A stretch of DNA of 64,000 nt from Fimicolochytrium jonesii. Taxonomy: Eukaryota. Position numbers and translations under genes: made by a program. This document shows, piece after piece, positions 26,543 to 40,384 of the stretch (position 1 is the stretch's first letter; every line of letters begins with the position of its first letter). The DNA is taken from NCBI RefSeq assembly GCF_025526975.1, contig NW_026515703.1:62001-126000 (forward strand), in the 5' to 3' direction. Under the pieces are notes generated by a model. The model did no database searches. It was not told the DNA's origin and saw nothing but the letters and a program-made list of their open reading frames with translations.

Positions 26543-27212
26543 ACACCAAACATCTCGATCCGCCAATGCGCCCCGTCGAACCCAGGGGTCGTCGTTCGTG
26601 TGTGGTCCTCGCCCCAAAACTCAAGGACAGAAATGTGGACCTCACTCTTTAAACCCGCCTTCTCTTCCGCCCCCTACCATTTTTTTTTCCTTTCCTTTAC
26701 ATAACTTTAATGCCTGATCTCTGTCGTTCGCTTTGGCTGCACCTTGTTTGACAAGGTAACTTTGTACATGAGAGATGGACAATATATATATTGCGAGGGC
26801 TGATTCTGTTTTTGCGTGGTCTGATCGGATGAGAATGAATGCCTCCATATAATGACGAGGTGTGCTAGCAAAGCGAGCGCAGCGAGCTCTCCCATTTGGT
26901 GCGCAGATGCAGTTCTGAAGAAGTCTCACAACGAGCCATTCAAGCGCTTCCAGCTGGTTTCTCGTTCATAGCAGGTCAACCATCTGACGAAGGTGAATCG
27001 AGCGCCAAAAGCTCTCGAGATAGTCTCAAAATATCATAATTATCAAAAGGTTATCTAAGAAAACCTCAAATCGAATCAAAGTCGGTTCGGTTCTAGCCTC
27101 TCTATCTAAAGGCTGTAGTCGAAAACGACGCTGTTCTTCTACCGCCGTGAAATCCTCCCACTAATAAACGGGGTTGTTTCACACAGCCGGAAAGTGTCGC
27201 TGAATATATAAC

Positions 27213-27710
27213 TTAGTGCTGGGGAGCGTTGGCGGAGGAAACGGGGACGGACCAGCGGGACCACTTTTCGGACTTTCCGACAACGTCGTAGAGCTTGGAG
27301 GTTTGGTGGGGTTGGACGGTGTTCCATGGTTCGGGGTTCTTACTGTGGATTGAGTGGATTATCAGCAGACTGCAAATATGATGGGAGTAAAGACAAACGG
27401 GAAGGGAAGGGAGACTTACCCACGAGCCCAAACACAGTCGGGACCGGTAGACTTGTGCCATACGAAGTAGGAGCATCCACCGACGGCGACAGCCATGATG
27501 CCGAAGAGGGGGTAAACCTGTATGAATAGACGAATAGTGGAAGTGAGTGACCTGCTCAATGCTGTCCTGTGCCGTCCTGCCCTGAGCCCTTCACTTAGCG
27601 CTCGCTAACTGGGCCCGGCACAGCTCCCAGCTCGTCGTCACACCCATCCAGAGACCCGAAAGACAAAGGATACATACACCGAAGGGAACGTTGGTCAGAG
27701 ATCCACCCAT
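27213..27710 (-). CDS. NDUFA4/MLRQ (B12D) family small mitochondrial membrane protein (3 exons)
   Basis: Spliced: MGGSLTNVPFG|VYPLFGIMAVAVGGCSYFVWHKSTGPDCVWARG|KNPEPWNTVQPHQTSKLY... The PLF...PD..W...NPEPWN pattern is typical of this family. Confidence 0.82.
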
Positions 27711-28082
27711 TTTTGCTGTTGTTGGTTGTGAGTTGAGTTGGTGAGAACTGGGATTGCGGTGACGTCTTTATGTATAAAAGCGAGGGTGCGAAAACGGCGA
27801 GAGTTGGCTTTGCGCTACGTAAATAAAAACCACAGAGGAGGCCTGTTGCCAAAATTTGATACTCCGATGTGATGGGCGGAGACAAGCGCGGGAATGGAAG
27901 GATGCGGATGAATAATGAATGGGCACCCAGTTTAGAAATGGGCCCGACGGCTAATCAACAGAAGGTGCATAATCGCCCTTTCAGATTGAAATCAGCAAGG
28001 GGAAGGCGGGGCCGTCTCCCGGTTTCTCCCGACTTGACGGCTTGCAAAGCCTTATTTGTGCCGTTTTCCTCGTTGCAACGAC

Positions 28083-29328
28083 ATGACAAAAAGGATGTCC
28101 AAGATGTCTCCCAATCTTCCCGTCATCGACATTACTCCTTTCTCAACGAACGCACCTGCTGGACAGGATTCTTCAGCAAAGCGGGATGTTGGGGCGCAAT
28201 TAGCAGAAGCCTGCTCTCAACATGGCGTCTTTTATCTCAAAAGCGGTGATATCGGCCGGCTCACGAACGAGAAGCGCTTGCGGACGTTCGAAGCTGCGAA
28301 GCAGTTCTTTGCCTTACCCGAAGAGGTGAAAAAGGCAGTTCCAATTAGCCCCGGAGGCTTTACGAGAGGGTACATTGGCATTGGTGAGGACTTCTTCGTT
28401 TCCTGTTTTCAACTTGCCAGGGGCCCACTGACGGCGGCTCGCGTTTGGGTTCACTCTGCACAACCAATTTGGCGGGACACATCAGAATAGGCGGAGAATC
28501 GGGTTCAAGCGCATTGGAGGTAAAGGAAGCGTTCAGCTATGGATACCGTTGGCCAGACGACAAGCCCCCCGGAAACAGCCTACAGGGGCCGAACAAGTGG
28601 CCGGATCTCTCTCACTTGCCACCCGACTGGGAAACTACTCTCCACGACTTCTACGCCGGGATGGTTGAGATAGCGACAGCCGTCACGCGGGCGCTCTCCG
28701 TCTCTCTAGGCTTCCCGGAGGACCATTTCCCGTCATTCTGCACCCAAGGCGATACTATCAGCTTGATGCGTTTCTTCCATTACTTTCCGTACCGCGCCGC
28801 AGGGTCCGTGGCGGGTGGGGAAGTCGAGCGGATAGGATCGAGCCCGCACACCGACTGGGGGTTCCTTACATTGATTCTCCAGCAGGATGGGGTGATTGGG
28901 TTGCAAGTGGCAGATGGGGAGGGAGGATGGAAGGATGTGCCCCCGATTCCAGGAACGTTGATTGTGAACGCTGGGGACTATTTGGCACTGCTGACGCGAG
29001 GACGGGTCAAGTCGCCCTTGCATAGGGTTATTACGTCCGAGGAGGAGAGACTTTCGATGGTATTCTTCTATTATCCGGTAAGTGTTCTGCCGTATCGCCT
29101 GATGTTGCAGGCACCCTCAACTCAACAAGTCGAGTCTTGTAGACCTACGACGCACGAATTCCCATTATGAAGGATGATACCGAGGGAAGCGTACAGAAGA
29201 TTAGCTTGTTTGCCGATCAAAGGCATGGGGAGTCCGGGACGACGGCAAATAGCGTAGATGTTGGTGTAGCCGGCACATTTGGCGATTACATTGCGAACAA
29301 ATGGTCGCAAGTGTATAGGAGTACATAG
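28083..29328 (+). CDS. 2-oxoglutarate/Fe(II) dioxygenase, IPNS/DIOX_N-like (3 exons)
   Basis: LPVIDI, ACSQHGVFYL, RGYIGIGGE, QGPNKWP, iron ligands HTD and SPLHRV, RLS motif. Confidence 0.88.
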
Positions 29329-29916
29329 GCGTATGAAATAAAGTGTGTCCGTTTGCGTCGAGCAGTCTTCTATATGGTCGCTTCTGGGCAAATTGTTCAC
29401 TTTGTCAAACAGCGAGCGCACCAACGAGCCGACCCTTCTGCACGCGTCTGGGCCACACGTCACCAAGCTGTCCGAAGGCGGGGACTTTCTCGTCGCGCGC
29501 TTGCAGTTGAAGCTTACCCTTGCTTCCTCCATGGGCACCCTTACCCCTCAGGTCTGCGGGTCTCTGGTTCAGTAGAGACAACAGGCCACTTGATCTTAAA
29601 CAAAGCGTGTGCTGGGCTGCTTTTGGTTTTTGTTGTCAATTTCAAAGGCAGGGCTCCAGCCGGAGTGTCCGTTCCACCACTACATTATCCCCGGGTTAGA
29701 GGTCGAGTGTTTTGAGCCCTGCCTTAAGTGTTCCAGTCAGAATGAAGAAGAACTCTACGGCCAGGAAAACCAGCAAGCAGCCAGCGGCTCCGCTAAAGGT
29801 GCGACTCTTCGGTTCAGTGTACGTTTATACGTTTCTGAATGCTCACACTTCCGCCGAACACGTAGGACAGCGCATCCCGTAAGCCCGCCTCGGACGCGCA
29901 ACCCCTCAAGGCCGGC

Positions 29917-32900
29917 ATGTTGCAATACCTAAAAGGGGCATCCTCTGAAAATACTGAGAGCGCGCCACCACCAGCAAAGCCTAAAGATAGGGAAGGCGCG
30001 ACGGCCAAGATGAAACGGCGAATTCTGGGACTCGCGGGTGGAACGGGTAACGCGGGTCAGACGTCTACCACGAGCACGCGTAAAGCTTTGGGTTCGATGG
30101 ATGAGAAGTCCGTGAACAAAGTGTTGCCGAGGAGTGTGATAGTGGAGAGAGCGGTGCAGCAGCCTGCCGGACCGCCGGTGGTTGTGGTTGTCCCATCGCA
30201 AGGTAGGTGTCCGCCATAGGTCTGTCCTGTACTTCTTGAAATCCCAAGATTGCTAAGATTGCTACCATAGATGTGCAACAAGCAGGGCGGAGGACGAGTG
30301 TAGATGGATCGAAGCGCTCTAACAAACGCCCGTCTCTTCCGCTCGAAGACCCTGCTGTGGACGAGGGAAGTCCGAAGAAAGGGCGAACCGCGAGAAGCCC
30401 CAAAAAGCCGCTCAAGCCCTCCGACTCTGGATTCAGCGAGGAAACATTGCAGCCTAGACAGTCACAGGAGGCGTCAAGCACCTCGGCAGTGTCGCCCGAT
30501 CTGCCATTGACGCAAGCAACGCCAGTTAAGAAGACTGATCAAGAAGACAGAATATACTGGAGAGACTCTCCGCCTTCTGGAAAGCTGAATGCGGCTGCTT
30601 CTGCTATTGGTAAGAGGCATATCGCCCCATCTGCTGCATCGCATAATTGTGTCAGGAAGTTTCGTCTTACCATCAAGCTTTCTGTTCCTCATAGAAGGGA
30701 GGAAGCGAGACACGCGCGCCGAGGCAAAGTACGTTGCGAGTCTTCTTGCAGGCGAGAAGGTGGCCACTCCAAAAGAAAACTCTCCTACTCTCGGCAATAA
30801 GCCTCGTCACCCAGCACGTTCCAATCCAGAGCTCACGCCCTCACACGGCAAGACATCCTACAAGAGAAGCTTCAGTCTTAGCAATCTAGAAGGCTCGCCC
30901 TCCGCTCTATTCCGCAACACTGACCCGAAACAGATTCGCCGGGAGAGGCTTACTCATTGGAGTACAGGAGGTAAACGGCCAAATAGTTTCAGCGTGCCGG
31001 GACTGGAACTCTTCAATCAACCAAACTGCTCGGCGGGTCCAACGACGCTTGATGGCCGTCAAAGTGGCGAAGAGAGCTGTCGCTGTTCAGCGGCAACCAC
31101 ACCCGATAGCGTAAAGCGCCGACGTCTGAATAGGTCCGCCACCTTCCCAAACCCCTCGTCGGCTTGGCCTGGAAGTCCCAAAGGGAAATCAAGTACATTC
31201 GATGATGATAACTTCAAGGAGAACATTCCCCCTTGGGAACGGCAACGAGCTCAAAAGCGCCTTGAGCAAGCGGGCCTGTTGGACAGCAATCCTCGTCACA
31301 GGAAGGACGACAGACTGACTATGAAGGATACCCGCAAGCTCCAACAAAAGCAACGTGACACAGTCAAGGTGGAGATTGAAGTTTCGGACAAGTTCTCGGA
31401 CCCGGACGATTCGGACGACTTTGCGTGTTCCATGGCGTTGGACGCGTTTATGGCTGAAGGTGAAGTCGCTGTGGTGAAAGGCGAATCGGAAACGAGCACG
31501 CGGACACATTCCAGGGCGAATACGAATGTACCGCTTGTCGATGAACCGGTGAAGGTGAGTGAAATTGGATGTTTGTCTTTCCGTCCTGACACCATCTGGT
31601 CTTTTCGGGATATTGAGAACGTCCTCTCTTCTCGCAGTCTGAACCGCAGCGATACACGCGCTTCCTGGTTCTCGAAGTGTCGTGGAACGAATACGGCTTC
31701 CCGGACGGTCCAGCACGCAACAAAGAGAAGAAACTACGCCTCTTCAACGAGCAAGAACAGAACGAACGGTTCCTCCACCTCCGCGAAGACTGGTGGACAA
31801 CGGACGTCAACGTCGGCGACTACATCCACGTCATTGGGACATTCGACCCGAACCTCAACCGCTGCATCGTCGATAACGAGAAGAACTTGGTGATCCTGCA
31901 CCCCGACAACCTGGTCTCTGCCACCTTGGTCGCGGAGAGCTTTGATTGTCTGAGGAAATCGATTCTGCAGGACCGTGTCCGATCCCTCGGCGAGTCTACC
32001 CCACCGCTGGTGTACGGCAGCTTGTTGCATTGTCTGTTGCAAGCTGGGTTGAAGGATGGGGATTTTTCGGATGTCCGAATGGACGACGAGATTGATAAGT
32101 TGGTGAAGAGCAGCGTTGAGGATCTGTACGCGGCTGGAGAAGATGAGGAGAAGGCTCGGCAGCACTTGAAGGAGTTTGTGCCGAGTTTGCAGCAGTGGAG
32201 TCAGATGTTTATGCGTGGTTCGCCCGAGGTGAATTCAGACAATGTCTTGATCCACGTTTCGTCATATCAGACTGATGTATCTCACCATTTTCTTCTTCAC
32301 GATTCCAGCCGGATGCTATCGTGAAGCAGCATCGTGGTGACGGACGTGAGAAATCATCGCTGTCCATCAGTAAAGTCCTCGACATCGAGGATCAGATTTG
32401 GTCACCGATGTTCGGAATCAAGGGAAATATCGATGCTAGCATACAGATCAACGTTACGGAAGGTATATTTGGGGCCACCAGGACGCTGGCTGCGCCGTTC
32501 GAGCTGAAAACGGGCAAGAGCACCAATGTGGTCTCGCATCGGGCCCAGACAACCCTTTATACGCTTATGATGGGTGATCGTTATGGTGCGTTGGTCTCTC
32601 CCTGAGTTTGTTGCGTGTGTTCAGTGAGTAACTTCCACTTTCTGCAGGTGTTGATATAGCAGGCGGCATCCTCTACTACCTGAAAGCTAACGAAATGATC
32701 CAAATCCCTTCGTTTCGCAACGAAGTTCGGGGCTTGATCATTGCCCGTAACGAGATGGCGGGTTTCAAGAACAATACGACCGGTAAACTACCTCCCATGA
32801 TCCAAAACCAGTTTGCGTGTCAGCGATGCTACGCGCTGGACAAGTGCATGGTGTATCACAAGGCAGTCGAGAACGGAACAGCCGAAAGCAGCGGCCTGAG

Positions 32901-35425
32901 CACATTGTTCGAGCAACGGACCGGACACCTGACACCCGCGCATTTGCAGTTCTTTGAGCACTGGGACCGTCTGCTGACGCTGGAGGAGGGCGACATGCAG
33001 CGGTCGCGGAAGGAGATTTGGACCATGCGTGGCAGCGAGAGGGAGAATCTGCGCAGGTGCTTCAGCGGCTTGCGTTTGCAGCCCCTTGAGCCTGGCTCGC
33101 AAGCCGCAGCTGTGGGAGCGCAACAGCGGGAGTACCGCTTCGTCCGGGGAGCCGCTGAGAACCCCGATGGAACCCCCTTGCCGTCGTTCTTGAACTCGCA
33201 TATCACAGTCGGTGACGCCATCGTCGTGTCCACTGAACAGGGTCACTATGGCCTAGCGACTGGGTTTGTCAGCGATCTTCAACCTGCCGCCATCACCATT
33301 CTGCTAAACAGGGAACTGAACGGACCGCCGAAACGTGTTCGAAACGACTTTGATGAGTGCGACAATCAGAACTTTGAAGGCGTGCTGAACCTCCTATCCA
33401 AGCGCAAGACTGCAACGCGTCGCAACGAGTTTGCAGGCACGGCAAGCGGCACGCCATGGCCTGGCAGTCTCGGCAGCGGTCCGGACAAGACGCTGTACAG
33501 GATCGATAAGGATGAGATGGCGTCCGGCATGGGTCTCGTGCGAGCAAACATGGTGTCGCTGCTAAGCGCTGACGGCGATCCGAGGCGCCGTGACCTGATT
33601 GTGGACCTCAAAGCACCGGGGTATACGCACGATGTCCAGGGTGGACCGGTGGATGAGAAGCTGAATACGGATCAGAGGCGGGCGGTTGAGAGAGTTCTGG
33701 CTGCCAACGATTACTCCTTGATTCTTGGCATGCCTGGCACTGGCAAAACGACCACGATCTCGTACATCATCCAGACCTTGGTCAAGCGGGGCAAGTCGGT
33801 GCTGCTTACCTCCTACACACATACAGCAGTTGACAATGTGTTGCTGAAATTGCACGAGGAGGGCTTTGATTTCTTGCGGCTAGGGAGTGGACAGAAGATT
33901 CATCAGCGCATTCAGCCATACACACTTGCGGAACATAAGGAGATCGACACCGTGAAGAAGCTCGAGGAGTTTTACGCGTCAAAGAACGTGGTCGCGACGA
34001 CTTGTTTGGGGATCAATCATGTGCTGTTCAGCAAACGGCGGTTCGATTATTGTATCGTCGATGAGGCCGCTCAGTTGACGCTACCCGTCTGCTTGGGCCC
34101 GTTGCGGTTTGCGAACGTGTTTGTGCTGGTAGGCGATCACTACCAGCTGCCTCCCCTGGTCCGCAACGCCGAAGCCCGCGAGGCCGGCATGTCCGCCTCG
34201 CTCTTCAAACGGCTCTCGGAAGCGCACCCCGAATCCGTCGTGGCTCTCGAACATCAGTACCGACTGAACGAGGACATTATGATCCTCTCCAACATCCTCG
34301 TCTATAACAACCGGCTCCGCTGTGGGACCGCTGCTGTGGCCAACTCGAGGCTGGACATTCCCAGGTTGGAGGAGGGAATGTCGTTGGTGCATTCGAGGAA
34401 GGTTGCAAGGCCGTGTTATCAGGGGGAGAGGATCTGTTGGATTAGGGATGTGTTGGAGCCGAGGTATGTCTTTGCGTTTTTCGGGGCTGCAAATGAGGTC
34501 GTTGTTGATAAGAGATGGCTCGTGCTTGTATAGACGCACAGTGGTGTTTATCAACACCGACGACGTACCTGCGCCCGACTCGCGACTAGGCGATCTTGTG
34601 CAGAATGATATAGAAGCCTCCATGGTGCATCAGGTATGCGGGATTTCCACGCAGCGCGAGCCGAATCGCGACCCCATACTCACTACTCATAATGCTCCTA
34701 GCTCGTTGAATCCTTGATCGCATCCGGCGTCAACGAATCGGCACTGGGCGTCATCAGCCCGTACCGCTCCCAACTGAAGATTATCCACCATTTGCTTAAG
34801 CATCGCACGAACTTGGCGATCCATACCGTGGACAAGTTCCAGGGGAGTGACAAGGAGTGTGTAGTGATTTCGCTGGTCAGGTCCAACCCGAAGCAGAATG
34901 TATGTTTTTCGTTTCGTTGTTCAACGGGTGTTCGCTGGCGAGATGACACCTGACTCATACTGATGCATCTGTGCACAGTTGGGAGACTTGATCCGGGACT
35001 GGCGCCGAATCAATGTTAGCTTCACTCGTGCGAAGAAGAAGCTGGTCATTTTTGGATCCAGGTCGACGCTCGAGGGGACAGCTTTGTTTGCCGAATTTCT
35101 GAATATCATTGACGAGAAGGCGTGGGTGAGTCGTTCCGCTGCGGGATGCGGGCAGATGGAGGCATAGGCAAGCCGTCTGACTATTTTCATACAGGAACTC
35201 AAACTGCCCATCGGAGCCCACGACATGCATATCATCCCGCCTGCGGACGATACACCCAGCGCCATTGTGAAGCAGACAGACAGCGTCAACATCGAAACCG
35301 GCCGCCACAGCATTGACAAGAAGCAAGCAACGGTCACTCGACTCAAGACAAAAACGGCCACCATGCACACCAAGAAGACCCGTCAAAGCGTACTGGGCAA
35401 TAATATCGCGGGCGCCATCGCTTGA
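29917..35425 (+). CDS. DNA2: DNA2 nuclease/helicase (multi-exon)
   Basis: ILHPDNLVSATLVAESFDCLRKSILQDR, IWSPMFGIKGNIDAS, PFELKTGK, Fe-S cysteines (CQRCYALDKC), Walker A GMPGTGKT, DEAAQ, VGDHYQLPP, TVDKFQGSDKE. Confidence 0.95.
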
Positions 35426-35828
35426 ACCCTCCACAACGACCAAGTTTCAACGGAATGGAAACCAGAGCGTACTATCATTATCTTTATTACCCCCCTACAT
35501 GCGCCGGTATCTCGACCCATTATTCGCGCGTACTGAGGAACGCCGTATGTCACATTTTTGGGAACCCCAATGTTGAATATCTCCACATATTCGAAGATAT
35601 ATACCCCCCCTCAATTTTGTAAGTGAACTGCGTAGGGATCTTTTATACAAGATGAAGCGTAATAAATATTGGCAGATATAAATTAAGGAATGATGCATGG
35701 GGGATGATGTGATAGGAATCTGTGTGCTATCTGGGATTTCAATACGGCGCATGGTTCTCCCAGCATAATCTTAAAACTGGAGGCACTCCAGGGTTTCCCC
35801 AAGAGAATTTGCTCGGCAATCCGCGCGA

Positions 35829-36398
35829 TCAAAGGTTCCCCATCATAGCCAAAGCCTGATCCAGATCCCCCTCCGTCTTCTCAAACTCGCTCTGCTTCCT
35901 CGCACCCCTCGCCTTCCTCTCCCCCTCCGCCCCACCCTTCTTCTTCTTCGCCCCCGCGCGCTCCGACAACGCTTGCATCACATTCCCCAGCTCCGCGTCC
36001 AACGTGTCCAGTATCGCCTCGTCTTTCGCTTTCAGACTCGCTAACTGACTGCGGTTAAGTGTGTTCGGGTTGGGGGCCGCTGTACTCGGTGTTGATGATG
36101 ATTGAGGCAGTGTGAATGGAGAAGAAGATGATCCGATGGAAGAGAGGTTAAGAGCCGAGAGCTTTGAAGCGGTTTTGGAGGGTTTGCCTTTCGGTTGTTT
36201 TGGCAAGGTGGGTGGGGCTTGCTGTTTTTTGAGGGATTTGCCGCGGGTGTTTTGCGGGCGAGTGTAGGGTTTTGAGCGGTTGGCGTTGCGGGGGTTTGGG
36301 GGGCCGGTGGTTGAGGTTGAGGGGATGGTGGTTGAGGGGGTGATGCTGGTGCCAGCGGCCTTGCCCTTTGAGGGTTTGGACTTTTTGGAGGCGGGCAT
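35829..36398 (-). CDS. Hypothetical basic low-complexity protein (possibly nuclear/nucleolar)
   Basis: Intact 189-aa ATG-initiated ORF, K/S/P/T-rich, with PY-NLS-like RSKPY and an amphipathic C-terminal helix DLDQALAMMGNL. Confidence 0.6.
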   Translation of the reverse strand: MPASKKSKPSKGKAAGTSITPSTTIPSTSTTGPPNPRNANRSKPYTRPQNTRGKSLKKQQAPPTLPKQPKGKPSKTASKLSALNLSSIGSSSSPFTLPQSSSTPSTAAPNPNTLNRSQLASLKAKDEAILDTLDAELGNVMQALSERAGAKKKKGGAEGERKARGARKQSEFEKTEGDLDQALAMMGNL

Positions 36399-36721
36399 TT
36401 TCTTTTCCGACGCTTATGGAATTCTTAGAGAGCTGGTTCGACGTTCAGTGTCCTGGTCGACCGTTTGCAGACTAGGCAGTGGGAAGGACTATGCGACAGC
36501 AGTTGGAGAACGAACGTGAAAAGAAACGGACTTCCCTCCTCTCCCAGCGTCCGTATCGTGGAAATCAGCCCGTTGTCTGCAGGGTCTGCCCGTCTTGCCC
36601 GTGGTTACGCGTTTGTTTGGAAGATACAGTACGAGCATGACTTACGAGAGTCGGACGAGAGTGCTGGGAAAGGCTCCTTCGCTTGGGAAGTTGCGCCAGC
36701 ACGCTCGACATTACAGCTACG

Positions 36722-37393
36722 ATGATAAAGTCAGTACGACCCACCTCAATGCTCTCCCGGATATGCCAGTCTCACCGCCCCCCTCGCCGCCGCCACTTTC
36801 ACTCCGCAACCCCAAACAACCCCTCGTCATGGACTTTCACCCGCCAAGATGAGTTGACACGTATCATCGACTCTCAAACACCAGGGTAGGCCCTCATCTC
36901 AGACCCCCCCACTAATCACATGCATCCCAATGACTATTGCTTCCGTAGTATAGACTATCTCCTCCTAGACGTCCGCGAGCCCTGGGACTACACCAAATCC
37001 CACATCACAACCGCGGTTAATGCCCCGTACCCTCTCCTCGTCTCCATGCCACCCCCTATCGTAATCGCTAAACTCGTCGATGTCAACTCTCGCGCCGTGA
37101 AATCATCACATTCGGGAGGTGACGTGAATCGGGAGGATGATAAAGCGGTATTGGCGAGGAGACTGATTTTTCATTGTACCCTCTCGCTTGTACGGGGTCC
37201 GACGGCGGCGGTGAAGGTTCGGTGGGCTTTGGATACGGTGCTAAGGGATCGGGCAAGGAGGGAGGAGGTTGGGTTAGGTGCAGGGGTTGAGATTCCAGAG
37301 ATCAGTGTGTTGGATGGGGGATTTGTGGGGTGGAGTAGGCGGTATGGCAAAGGTGGGGAGGAGGAGAGGAGGTATTTGGTGGGGAACGCGTAG
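36722..37393 (+). CDS. Rhodanese-fold Cdc25-like phosphatase/arsenate reductase (Ych1/Ibp1/Acr2-like); intron 36886-36948
   Basis: Spliced ELTRIIDSQTPG|IDYLLLDVREPWDYTKSHITTAVNAP, active-site HCTLSLVRGP (HCx5R), VLDGGFVGW. Confidence 0.8.
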
Positions 37394-38758
37394 GGTGCGC
37401 CACATTTGCGATCAGTAAGAATGGCGCTAACGGCGACGCCTCCATCATGCGCACTTCCCAACTGTCAAGCACTGGAATCGGTGGAGTCGGTGGAGTCGGT
37501 GCATTGGCTAGAGTTGAGCAGCTTCACTGTTGCATTTGGAATATGCGCTTGGAAGCAGATGGAGATCGCATGCAAACGCCCCATCGTGAACGGCGCCGTC
37601 GTGGCTGGGGACTAGCGGTATCACCGTCCTCACGCACGAATGCGATATGAGGAACAGTGTCCTTCGGTGTCACTTGATGGGGAAGGCTACCGCGAAACGT
37701 CTCCAAGGGAGCTGCTGAACTCCATGTCACGTTCAACGTGGACGCTTTCGGAAGCCGCTGACACCAAATAAAGCGCATCTCGAGGTACCGGATTTGCGCA
37801 AAGACCAGCGACTATAGTCCAAAATCAAGCACGAATCCTTGCATTTCTGAAGGGGTAGTTTCGTCTCCACCGCATTCTTTGCCAGGTTTTCATCCCATCA
37901 TGGCTTCATCAATGGCCCGCGACGGGACGGACGCTGGCTGACCGGGATACCCTGATACTGTATATCGAAGATCACATTTCCACTAGCCTGCGGAGATCAT
38001 GGATTCTTACTCAGGTTGACATAGAGTTGACAAAACAAAATCTGTATGTAGAGGAGACTCGAACTTTCAGGAAATGACTATGCCTTCAGGCACGCAAGCA
38101 TCGCATCTCTGAACAGAACTGGGTTCGAAAGGCGATTACGCAAAAAGGGTATCGCTTATGTATTATCTTGCATTATCTTCGTACATAAATCATTTGCATG
38201 CGTCCGCATCCCTGGTGCTCCTGCCGATGGTGGTATACGATCCAATCCGTAGCCCCACAACCGAAGCAGTCTCTCTCATATTGATCCCCAAACCCGCGCG
38301 CCGCGGGTATCTACAAGCTCAGCGACTCTGCGAGGTCCGATGTTGCGGTCGCAATCCAACCCCATCACACCTCTCACATGCACATCGCGTCCCTATGTGG
38401 TTCCTGCGTTGTAGTATCCATCGCGCTGTTCGACAGCCAGCTCGTTCCGCCCGTGCCCGTGCCAGCATCTCTTCACCCCCCATTGCGTTCTTGTAAGGTG
38501 CAGAAGAGACGGCGGAATCGGGTTGTGGCGAGGTTTGTGCGGTGGACGCGGATACTGTTAACAATACGGACGTGTGGGCCGGGCGTGGTACGAAGGCGCT
38601 TGGGGGCCCGTGTGGTCGGCATATATACGTCCAACCAGGTAGTTAAATCCATCAATAAACCAAAAATGTGTGTCCCTCCCGTGCGATTCGCTCGGAAATT
38701 GGGGAAGTGTCGCAGCGGGAAGAAGCGGAGGCCGGGAAGAGAGGTGGGCGGTTGGGGT

Positions 38759-39785
38759 CTATCGCAGCATGTACCAAAACAGCAAGACGATGCAGAAGCT
38801 GATGACGCCGGCCATGATGAGCGAGTCGCGGCGTTTGCGGGTGTTGATGCGGGACATGAGATCGTTGACGAGGGGGAAGTGGGCTGCGTTGCGGGGGAAA
38901 AAAAATGGGGTTGGTTTGATGATTGACCTTTTCCGCCTCAACCACCTGCGACATCTGTAAAAGTAGAATGACGGAACATACCCAAAACACCGCCCACGCG
39001 CCCCTTCGCCCCATACAGCATCGATCTCTGGTCATTCAAGTCCGCGCGCGTGGCATACGCCGCCTGCAGCACCTCGTCGGCAACTCGGTGGGTGCCGTCG
39101 ATGCGCCCGCGTTCGTTTAGAAGGTAGTCCTGGGTGCTGGAGGAGGCTGCGGCGGGGGATTTGTAGGTGGAAGAGCCGGAGAGGAGGTCGGCATGGTCGC
39201 GGGCGGCGATTATGTTTGCCTGGTGTATATTCATGCGTTGATGGATGTGAGATCAAGGATACATGTCGAAGGGCGTATTTCTGCAACTTACCTTCGTCTT
39301 CTTAAACTCCTTCGAATAATCGTACAGAATATCCCGATGCCGCTGCAACATATGCATCATCGACGGGTTATTGCTCCCCGTCGGCGCATTATCCAGGCTT
39401 TGCGCCATCAGATTCACCGTCGACGTCAGCTACAACCCATCTCATCCTCATTAGTCCTTCGTTCCTCGTTCTACCCCCCAAATACCCCAACACCCACCTT
39501 ATTGATCAAATGCTCAACCTCCAACTCCACCCCATTCGCCGCCGCCCGTCCCGCGCCTCCACCGTCACCCGCGGTGCCGTGCCGCGCGTACATTGCCAAT
39601 TTAGCTTCAATCTCGTTCTCCAATGAGCGCGCTTGCCGCCGCAGGGACTCCCATGTTGCTGCTGGGGGTGGTGAGTGCTGGTCGTAGGCGGAGGAGGTTG
39701 CGAGGGGGCCGAGGGTGGGTGCAGCCGGGATGGGTATTATGGTGTCGGGAACGCTGGTGTAGTGGGGTGTTCCGCGGAAGGCCAT
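38759..39785 (-). CDS. GOS1: Golgi SNARE Gos1/GOSR1 (multi-exon)
   Basis: WESLRRQARSLENEIEAKL, MMHMLQRHRDILYDYSKEF, DYLLNERGRID...QAAYATR, FPLVNDLMSRINTRKRRDSLIMAGVISFCIVLLFWY tail anchor. Confidence 0.92.
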
Positions 39786-40384
39786 TATGTTGGGAAGGAC
39801 TCGGGGAAGGTGTGAAGTGGTTGGAGACTAGCCCTAGGGAAGGGTATCAGGTATCCGGTTTCTTTCGATCGTAGGTGGTTCGCTGGTCGTTGGTGAACGA
39901 CAGATTGCGGCCAAAGTGGAAGGTGCCAAAAGGCGGACAGTTGTGACGGCGGCTACGTGGGTGTTGTTTATTGTTCTTTATGCAGCGCATCTGTTTGGAA
40001 GCCGTTAGCAACACACCTCGCTTCTCGAGGCACTCGGACACGAACGCCCTCCGCCCAAGTTTTCGCCGTACTTCAACCACGATGATCGTTGTGCGCTTTG
40101 TTTTCGACAATGATATTAGACAAAATCTATGTACTACTCTATAAGTATAAAGACATTTGTGGCGGGTTATGTGATGCGGCGACGAAAACAAAAAAGAGGT
40201 ACCCGGCAGGCAGGCGGCATACGCCTACGATCCCGGAGACAGATCAAACGGGTTTACTAAATAGGACTGAACTGCATCCGGGTGCCGAATGTGCCGAATT
40301 GCAGATCAACTGCAATGTAGGGTGATGAGAGAGAGAGAGAGAGAAAGAGTGTGGGGATGTGGGGATGGGATGGGAGCGTGTGGT

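Noticed and set aside
6824..29328. Possible biosynthetic cluster (Ppo, methyltransferase, 2OG-dioxygenase)
   Set aside because: The genes are spread among unrelated housekeeping genes, with no backbone synthase or cluster-specific regulator.
29442..29447. MCB-like ACGCGT upstream of DNA2
   Set aside because: A single hexamer about 470 nt upstream in CG-rich DNA is expected by chance.
30589..31893. 434-aa ORF that could be read as a separate gene
   Set aside because: It is the disordered N-terminal exon of DNA2 plus intron read-through.
37400..38700. 1.3-kb spacer with several short ORFs
   Set aside because: No recognisable domain, terminal repeats or coherent exon chain.
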